From assembly GCF_009914755.1 (NCBI RefSeq), contig NC_060932.1: DNA of 64,000 nt; one strand, written 5' to 3'. Below, in pieces: positions 55,390 to 64,000 of the stretch (position 1 is the stretch's first letter; every line of letters starts with the position of its first letter). This DNA comes from the human T2T-CHM13v2.0 reference genome, Homo sapiens. Under the pieces are notes generated by a model, which had not been told where the DNA came from, did no database searches, and worked only from the letters and a program-made list of their open reading frames with translations. Position numbers and translations under genes: made by a program.

Positions 55390-55580
55390 CATGCCCACTT
55401 GGTACACTCCTTGGGATGTATTCCAGGGTTTATGAGATTTTAGCTTCAGGAAGAAATTCCCAGCCGAATGTCAAAGTAGTTGCATCAGTTTACACTTCCA
55501 CCAGCAACGGAGTGGGAACGAATAACGGAAGCATCCTGTGCTTCCATATTCTCTGCAGCTCTTGGTATTGTCAGCCTTTT
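55390..55580. repeat. Dispersed direct copy of 54296-54471
   Basis: Shared 'ggtacactccttgggatgtattccagggt', 'aggaagaaattcccagc', 'atcctgtgcttccatattctctgca'. Confidence 0.92.
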
Positions 55581-57589
55581 TGGGGTTGCTGGCACCAAAA
55601 CCCATTTTTGGAGAGTGATGGTGAATGGGATGTGGCTCCAGGAGGAGGAGGGGTAGGCACCTTACACACCTGTTGCACAGCTTCGTTAGAGGCAGAATTG
55701 TTCCTTCCCAGCACATTTGGAAAGCCTTGACTATTCCACCAAACATACATCTGACAGCCCTGTGTCCAGACCCTCACCTGCAAGTTCTAGGCAGGTCCTT
55801 CAAACAGGACTTTCAGAAACCCCTCAAAGACATCTCCTGACACCCATCCTCCCCTTGCCTTCAAATCAGTCTTGAATAGGGTTGTAAACACAGACGCTTC
55901 CAAGCCAGACTCTCGGCAGTGTTTCTTTGGTTCTTTTTCATATCTGTCAAGAAGGAGGAAAAATGGCAGAGAAGATATTCTTGAATTCTTCTCCATCAGA
56001 CACCCCCTCGGGAGGACAAAAACTGGCCCCAGGAGCTGCATCTGGGTCAGCAGAGGTTAACTCCCCCGCCACAAGAGGGAAGAGTGAGCCTCAGTGTATC
56101 TTTGCTATTTCCTTTTTCACTGTGTTGGTAAACATTCTGGCCATTCTGAAGTATTATTTCCCCCTTTAGGACAATGTACTTGGGTTTGGGTTCTTTTTGC
56201 TTTGTTTATCCAGTAATCATTACAGCAAGAGGGATGCACCTGTTCTGCAGGCCCATTAGACTCCGAATGGCTTTTCTCCCAAGAGGAGGCATGTAGAAAA
56301 ACTAGCCTTGGCACTGGAAGCACACTGCAGTAGGAGCGTGAGCCGTGCAGAGAAGACCAAGATGCAACCTTGAGCCATAATGCAAAGTGGCTCAGGGCTG
56401 GAAGAGGGAGGCGCGGCACTGCCTGGAACGAGGCTGGGGCTTAGAGAGAGAAGAAACTTGCCCAAGGTCATGCTGCCAATTAGTTTTGGAGCTGGAGTTA
56501 TAATCACAGGAAGCAGGTCTGTGTGGTTCCAAGCCCACGCTCTCCCCAACCTCATTATATTGGGGAGCAGCTGAGAAAAAAGAGAGGGGGGAAGCCAGCA
56601 TGGCAAAGTCACAGAGGTCTGTGCCCCCATGTGCCCACATGCTTAGGGCTTTCTTTATGTCTGATCTTTAGCTGTCTCTTACTGTCAATCAGTGAAATTG
56701 ACTTACCCAAGAACAGGCAGGAATAAATAAATAAGACAAGAAGACCTTATGGTGACAGAAGCCTGCAGAGGCTGCCAATGGGGTAACTGGGAGGTGAACA
56801 AGTCCAGAGGAGGTGAAACGGAAAAAAGAAAATGAATAGTTTCTCTAATTCATGCCTTGAGCTTCCCTCAGCAGTAAGTCCCCCCTCCATCACTCTAATT
56901 CCTCCTCCAGTCTCTCCCTCCTGGTGTAAACCCTAAGTGCATTTGATTCTGGAGGGAAAAGAACAGGATCAGATGCCCCCAACTCTGGCCTCCTTCATCC
57001 AAGATGCCCCACACTGGGGAGAAGAGAGGACACCTAGACAGGCTTGTACTGTCTTTTGTTTGGAGTATCGGAGTCACAGCTTGACACAGAAGCTGCTCCT
57101 AGGGCCCTGGTGACTTCCTCTGTCATCTGCTGCCTCTTGTGCAGGTGTGCATATTTTAGCTTGGAGGAGCCCAGGCATGGAAATCGCTCTCCCTGTGCCC
57201 ATATATTATCAGTATTTTTTAACATGTCGCTTTCCAAGCAGGTAATGCATTTGCAGAGACAGTGATCTTTCATCAGGAGATTACGATGATTTGTGTTCTC
57301 TGTCTAAATTCCACCATAAATTTCCAAGCCAGCGAGGCATTGGCTTGTGGCAAGAGCTGCCTTCCGAGATGTGGCAGGCTATCTCTGCAAACCTCAGGCT
57401 CGTAGCCGTTTGTCCTGATTAGGGAAAGGCTTTGAAATTCTTCCTTGTTCCTCACCTTTATTTATTTCAAATCGCTCTTCCAGCAGGTCACCTTTGCAGC
57501 TGGGTTCAAGCCTCAAACTATGTTTACTGGGCTGGTTGCAAGCAAAAACATTTAAGCAAATCAACTGCCAGAACTGCTGGCTCTGCTGA

Positions 57590-57750
57590 AATTAGCAGTG
57601 TGGCCCGGGTCAAGTCGCTTAACCCCCTGGGCCTCTGCTTCCTCATCAATAAATGGAAAGTATAATCCCTACTTCACAGGGTTAATGGGAGGATTAAATA
57701 AGGCAGCATAAATGAGCATCCTCTCATGGTATCTAGAAAACTATAGGTGA
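57590..57750 (+). mobile_element. MIR
   Basis: 'caagtcgcttaaccccctgggcctctgcttcctcatcaataaatgg...cctacttcacagggtt...gaggattaaat'. Confidence 0.8.
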
Positions 57751-57925
57751 AACCCATGCACTCGTCCTCAATCAATTCCCAGACAATAACATGCAAGCCT
57801 CAAGCCTAGACTGTGACCACACCCCAGGTTGGATGGTCCCTTCAGTAAGCCCTATCCTCTCAAGGTTGCTATGAAATTCCCCACAGTGCCTCTAAACAAG
57901 ATGAGTATTAAGTAATTTAGCCTTG

Positions 57926-58325
57926 TATATTAGTTTTCTCAGGCTGCTGTAATAAAGTACCACAGACAAGCTGGCTTAAACAACACAGATGTATTGTCTC
58001 ACAATTCTGGAGGCTGGAAGTCAAAGATCAAGGTGTCGACAGGATTGGTTTCTTCTGAGGCATCTCTTTGTGGCTTGTAGAGGCCATATTCCCCCTGTGT
58101 CTTCACATCTTCCTTCCCTCTGTACCCATCTGTGTCTTTATCTATTCTTCTTTTAAGGACATCAGTCATATTGAGTGAGGGCCCACCAAAATAGCCTCAT
58201 TTTGACTTCATCATCTCTTTAAGACCCTAACTCCAAATACAGTCACGTGCTGAGGTACCAGGAGATAGGACTTCAACATACAAATTTGGGAAGAAAGAGG
58301 AGAAGACATGATGCAGCACATTTTA
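57926..58325 (-). mobile_element. MaLR LTR, MLT1B-like
   Basis: 'ggctgctgtaataaagtaccacagac...ggcttaaacaaca', 'ctccaaatacagtcac...aggacttcaacata'. Confidence 0.88.
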
Positions 58326-58469
58326 ATAAGCACAAACACGTGATGCATGACTGTGTGTCTCAGCACCAGAGTGCAAGTGATGGGACTCCCCATCTCCAAC
58401 ACTAACAATGCCTTCCTTCCATTTCAGGATACTACTTTGTTTTCAGAGTCCTGTTTCAGTCATTAAAGG

Positions 58470-58620
58470 TGCCCCTCTATTGACAGATGGAAAAATGGAG
58501 GGATAAAAACATGGGAGGGACTCACTCAAGGTCACACAGATAGCAACAAGAGGCAGAGCTAGGTCTGGAACCAAGACGTGTAGCTCCTCCCCATCTCAGT
58601 GTGCGACTCTGTACTGTCAC
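58470..58620 (-). mobile_element. MIR
   Basis: 'tgacagatggaaaaatggag...actcaaggtcacacagatag...ggcagagctaggtctggaacc'. Confidence 0.65.
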
Positions 58621-59154
58621 CTTAAAAAGTTATTCACCACTGCAAGGAGCAAGTTCCAAAGAGCACAGAAGAGTTCTGACATCTGATGCGCAGGTGTCTA
58701 TGGGGAGAGCACACTACCTGTGACACCCGGCTTGCTGGCCATCAAATTTTACCTCCCCATTGAGTTCAACACAGCGAATGGTGTCTACCAACTCACCTGT
58801 GGAGGATAATCTTTCCCACCCAGGGAGCCTTCCCTGATGCTAGGCCTAACTGAGCAGTTTCCCTGCAACTTGTTTTTTGTTTTGTTTTGTTTCATAGAAA
58901 ACCCTTCCCCCCAACCCCGCCCTTTCTGACACAGATTGCAACAGATACAGGAGAACAATTGGCACTGTTCAGGCAAACGCAGGAAGAAAGGAACTCAGCT
59001 GGTGGCACCAACAGGTATAAAGGCCCAGCCGTGAAAATACACAGCCAACAGCAGCCATCTTGACAAAGTTTTGGGGGAGAACGGTGCCGATGAGGCACTG
59101 AAGCAGTTTCACGTCATCAGCTTTGTGTGTCCAATCCAAAGGTAGATAGACACA

Positions 59155-60370
59155 TGGATGGATGGATGGATGGATGGATGGATGGATGGATGGATGGATG
59201 GATGGACAGAAGGATGGAAGAATGCATGTATGTATGCATTATAGATGGATGGATGGATGCACATATGCATGCATTATGGATGGATGATGGGTGCATGGAT
59301 GGGTGCATGTATGTGTGCATTATGGATGGATGAATGCATGTATGTATTATAGATGGATGGATGGATAGATGGATGGATGGGTGGATGCATGTATGCATGC
59401 ATTACAGATTGATGGATGGATGCATGTATGCATGCATTATGGATGGATGGATGCATGTATGTATGTATGCATTATAGATGGATGGATGGATAGATGAATA
59501 GATGGATGCATGTAGGCGTGCATTATGGATGGATGGATGGATGCTGGATGCATGTAGACATGCATTATTATGGATGCATGTATGCATGATTATGGATGGC
59601 TAGATGGATGCATGCGGGCATGCATTATGGATGGATGGATGCATGCATGCATGCATGCATGTTGGCATGGATGTGAAGTGGCTATGTTTTCTGGGGTATA
59701 TACCCAGGGTTCATCATCTGGTGCCAGGAAAATTTAGGACACAGACACACATGAGGAGTTTAGGAGCAGAGGTTTAATAGGCAGAAGGAAAGAGAAAGAA
59801 AAACAGCTCTCTCTATAGAGAGAGAGGGGTCTTCCAAGCAGAAAAGATGGGCTGGTGGCTGATGTGCCGGATTTTGTAGTCTGGCTTGAGGAGGTAGTGT
59901 CTGATTTACGTAGGGCTCACAGATTGGTTTGATCAGGTGTGATGTTTACATAGCACACAGAGAAGGCTGGTCCCTCCACCCTAATCTTATTATGCAAACG
60001 AACTCTCCCCTTGGCCAATGCCATCTTGTCTGCTCCTTACTGTACACGTGGCTGGCAGAGAAGGGAAGATGGAGCCACCATCTTGAACATGTCTAGGCCC
60101 TAGTTCCTGCCTGAATTCACCCGTACAAGCCCCCAGCTTTCTTGTCTATGTCTGCAGCTTGACTTTACATGCTGCTTTTGTTAGAAAATGATTTGTGGCT
60201 GCTCCCCATTAAAAAGAAAAAACCTTACTGAGCACTCCCATACCTTCACTATCTGCCTAAGGGATTTCTTAACTCCTATATCAGATGAATGGATGATATA
60301 TGTATGCATGCATGGATGGATGGATGGATGGATGGAGGGAGAGAGAGAGAGATGAGTCTGAGAGACAGAG
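59155..60370. repeat. Complex (GGAT)n/(GCAT)n/(GTAT)n array split by an LTR (59155-59673 and 60284-60335), then (GA)n
   Basis: Directly visible; higher-order unit such as gcattatggatggatggatgcatgtat. Confidence 0.93.
59674..60283 (-). mobile_element. ERV1 solo LTR, LTR9-like (610 bp)
   Basis: TG...CA termini ('tgaagtggctatg' ... 'cttaactcctatatca'); 4-bp TSD gatg on both sides. Confidence 0.85.
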
Positions 60371-60413
60371 AGATCTCCACAGTGACAGTACTTGTCCCCA
60401 AGTTCCCCAGAGC

Positions 60414-60747
<334 letters not shown>

Positions 60748-60954
60748 TCCCCAGAGCTTTTTATTCACCAGAAACAGTAGATGTTTTGGGAAGGGCAAGT
60801 ACTTATTTGTAATGGACTTCCTGTGGGTCAAGTGGGACTCAGCTGAGTGACATGGGAAAAGACCCAGATTCAAGACCAGCTCTGCCACTGGCCAAGCCTC
60901 TTACTGTCATAGTGCCAGCTTCCTCAGAGAAATTGAGAGGCTGCCTGATATGAT

Positions 60955-61160
60955 TTTGAAAAGCATGGGCTTTAGGGCCAGGCAGGCCTTGGTCCAAACC
61001 ATTTACTAGATATGTGATGGTCACCCCACTGCTTAGCTCCTCTAAGTGGATCTCTTCCCTGTGGGTTAAAGTGGAGATTAAAATGCCTACCTTTCAGGGG
61101 TACTGAGAGCAGGATATGACGTAGCAAATGTGAATGCATTTGCTGCATCACCTGGTATCC
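60955..61160 (+). mobile_element. MIR
   Basis: 'aaagcatgggctttagggccaggcag...atttactagatatgtga...aatgcctacctttcagggg'. Confidence 0.65.
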
Positions 61161-61829
61161 AGTGTATCCTCTTCCCTACCTGGGGTAGCCTTACTGTAAG
61201 AGCTACGTAGAAGATTGGCAGCAACTGGAGTTTATGAGATCTCTATTCTCTGGTGCCACCAAAATCACCACCTGTCCTGGCCACTCTCAACAAGGTGGAG
61301 CCCCAACCTTCCCATTTCTTCTCCTACTTCCCTCCTCTGCCTGGCAGAGTCTCCTAAGACAGCTACCCAAAGCCCTATCACCACGCAGCAGCCAGGGATC
61401 ATGGGAAGCAAACAAGGGGGTTTTCTCACTGTAGCAAGACAGGATCATGCTGTCTCCGGGGCTGGTTTTGGCCAATGACAGCAGCATCTCTTCCACAGCT
61501 GTATGGATGCGCGCCTCAAGCCTCCTCAGCCTTCAAATGATGGAAGCAGGCCCAGGTTCTCTAAATGCAAATTTGTCTTCTTAATGCTCTCTCAGGGCAC
61601 ATCAGCAAGTCTGGATGAGAGCCCAGGGCGGGGGAAGAGATTGGAGAGAGGGAGCAGAGAAAGGTCACTTGCATAGAAAAGGGTTATGACTTGCACTGAA
61701 ATTGGCCCCAAAACAACAGTCAAGAAAAGTTTTCAAATAAGCTGGACCCAGTGCCTGGTAAGAGACAGGGCTTCTGAAGTGTTTGATGATTGAGTAAGTG
61801 AATGTCCAGCCCTCAAACCACTTCCAGGA

Positions 61830-62035
61830 TTTGCCCTAATTCCACTATCTCCCCCCTTTAGTTTACTACAGTTCTTTGTACCTCTATTGTCATGCCCAAA
61901 TCAGCTGAATAGTCATTCATTCTAATTCTTCAATAAACTCTAAGTACCCTGAAGGCAGGGACTGTCTAATTCCTGGTGCTTTGGAACTCCAGCAATTACT
62001 TGAGAAACTGCTCAGGAATTGTTTGCCAATTTAAT
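61830..62035 (+). mobile_element. L2 3' fragment
   Basis: 'aaactctaagtaccctgaaggcagggactgtct...tgctcaggaattgtttg'. Confidence 0.5.
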
Positions 62036-63049
62036 TAAAGATGGTATGTTCCAACCAGAGCCCTGATCCTGAGTTCACACAGGCTTCCAAGTTCCTGGGG
62101 GCATTTAGTCCAAATTAAAGTCATCCTTGCAGCGATCTTACTGAAAGGGGCTGGCTGCAATTCCCACATGGAAAACCCAGAAGTTCTGATGCTTTAGGGC
62201 CTCCAATTTCATCTGTTTATTTATTGTATAATGATTGAGTACTTGATCTTGAACATACATTACTAAAAAAGCCTCTCTGGAAGTTTAACCACAAAGTGCT
62301 GCTACAGGAAATGAGAAGACACCCAGAGCCGGCTTCACTGTCCAGCCTGTTTTTTGGTTAAAGGGAAATAGTCTAAGAGTAACCCCAATTTAATTTTAAT
62401 TTTTTGGGGGCGGAGGCGGGATCTTTCAAACCCTAGCAAGCTAGACCAGAATGTAACACTTGCAAGCTTCTAAGTGGTAAAAAGTAGATTCAGAGAATCC
62501 AGGTTTAGCGGGGACTTTAAAATCTGTGTGAGGCTTTTTCCATATTGTCACCATCTATAACCTCTGGTCTTTAAAAGAGAAAGCCCTATATTTTCCATAC
62601 AAACAGGAAGTTGTATAAGATTTCTAAGCAGAGACTGATAAGCATGGTCAAAAGAATGTGAATAGCTCACAGCTTAGCCATAAAAGCAATAGAAAAGTCA
62701 CCTCTTACCTAGTGTCACCAGCTCCCAAATGATGATGAGACAGCTACCCTCCAACCACAAACCACCATTCTTCACTAAAACTCCTAGCAGGGAACTGAAC
62801 TGAGATAACTGCAGGTACCTTCTCAGAAAAAAAAAGAAAAAGAAAGAAAGAAAGAAAAAAAGGGGAGGAAATAAAGCATTGATTTAAAGCAGCACAGAAT
62901 TAAATACCCAACCCTCATATTCCTCCCCCTTCTTCTCCTCCATCCACCACACCCTTCCAGAGGGAGGCTTTGATCAGTGTCTGCTCCAAGAAGGGGAGGG
63001 GAAGTGGAGGAACAAGAAAGCAACACTCAGTAAACAGTATTATTAACCC

Positions 63050-63230
63050 ATAGGCTTGTGATAAATCAGGCCAGGAAGGTGACCTCAGCGGGCTGGAGTA
63101 ATCCTGCATGTCACGATGAATTTATGAGGCCAATTTTATTGGCCTGCATGACCCAGGCTCCTTGGAGATGTCTCTGTAACAAATCCAATCCACTTCATTT
63201 ATGAGCTGTGTACTGTGTCAGCTATGGGGC
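63050..63230. promoter_or_regulatory. Candidate enhancer with clustered posterior-HOX motifs
   Basis: TGATAAATCA 63059-63068, TTTATGA 63121-63127 and 63198-63204, TTTTATTGG 63134-63142. Confidence 0.4.
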
Positions 63231-64000
63231 CAAGCCAGACCACCCTGACCACCCTCTCCGAGAGGGCGCCTACGAGTGTGGTCTCAGAGAAGCAGTGCTC
63301 CCAAGCCATGCTGTCACTCCCAGAGAGGCAGCCAGGACTGCCTGCCCTAGGAGTTGGCACTTTCCGACTGCTTGTCCCGGGTTCTCATTCCGGTTCTGCC
63401 CTAAGAGCCAGCATGGCCCTCATCGAGGCCCTTCCCCTCTCTGGACCTCAGTTTCTCATTGCAGGATGAGAAGATCAGGTTGCCAGTATTTCTCAATGGG
63501 GCACTAGAAGCGTTTGGAGAGGAAAAACCCTGTTCACTGCAAGACGGCCAGCATCTCTGGTCCCAAGCACCACAGGTCAATAGTTCTACCCAGTCATTGG
63601 ATCATCCAAAAGTGCCCCCAACATGTTCCCAAGTGCCCTCACTTGACAGTTACTGGGAGATAATATCTAAGGTCCCACCTTGGGCACAGACATCTTAAAT
63701 GGGTCTGCAAAGGGGCCCATCTCCCTTTGCCTCCCTAACCAAAGAGCAGAAAAGCTGATGCTCCTGCTAGTGGCAGCTAGAGGGACCTCGGGTCCAGCCG
63801 GGAGCCATCCCACTGAGAGGCAGCAGCAGGAGAGAGGAAAGTCCTTTCAGCAGTGGGCCTGATGCATACGTGGCCTTCACCTGCTCTAGGTCGGCTCCCA
63901 GCGCTGGGCGGAAGGCGTTTAAGTCTATTTGACTGTCCCTGTCATCGTAAGGTTTACGGATGGTTAATTTATTCTTTATAGCACAGTCATTGATGGCTGT

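Noticed and set aside
59117-59587. HPSI/MDGW repeat ORFs
   Set aside because: Translations of the (GGAT)n array.
61201-61214. 14-bp match agctacgtagaaga to ~54409-54422
   Set aside because: Does not extend in either direction; compatible with chance.

Overview
Primate (probably human) non-coding genomic DNA, either a large intron or a gene desert. I found no credible protein-coding exon, RNA gene or CpG island. The ORFs in the track come from Alus, microsatellites or low-complexity sequence, or look like chance. Much of the window is interspersed repeat: 15 Alus (one very young AluYa-lineage copy), many MaLR/ERV1/ERVL solo LTRs, MIR/L2/CR1 fossils, hAT/Tigger/mariner MITEs and an internally deleted old L1. 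Between them are repeat-free islands rich in HOX/PBX/MEIS motifs, which suggests a developmental enhancer landscape. The most unusual feature is a ~250-bp inverted repeat pair about 10.8 kb apart (5234-5481 vs 16289-16538). It is built from an ancient MIR-class SINE, yet is ~92% identical with a 72-bp perfect core. Also notable are a palindromic 33-bp AT-rich minisatellite that replaces half of a MADE1 element, a template-switch duplication with a 12-bp hairpin junction, and a dispersed ~180-bp duplication. Repeat family names were assigned by eye from remembered consensus sequences. Motif-based regulatory calls are inference only.
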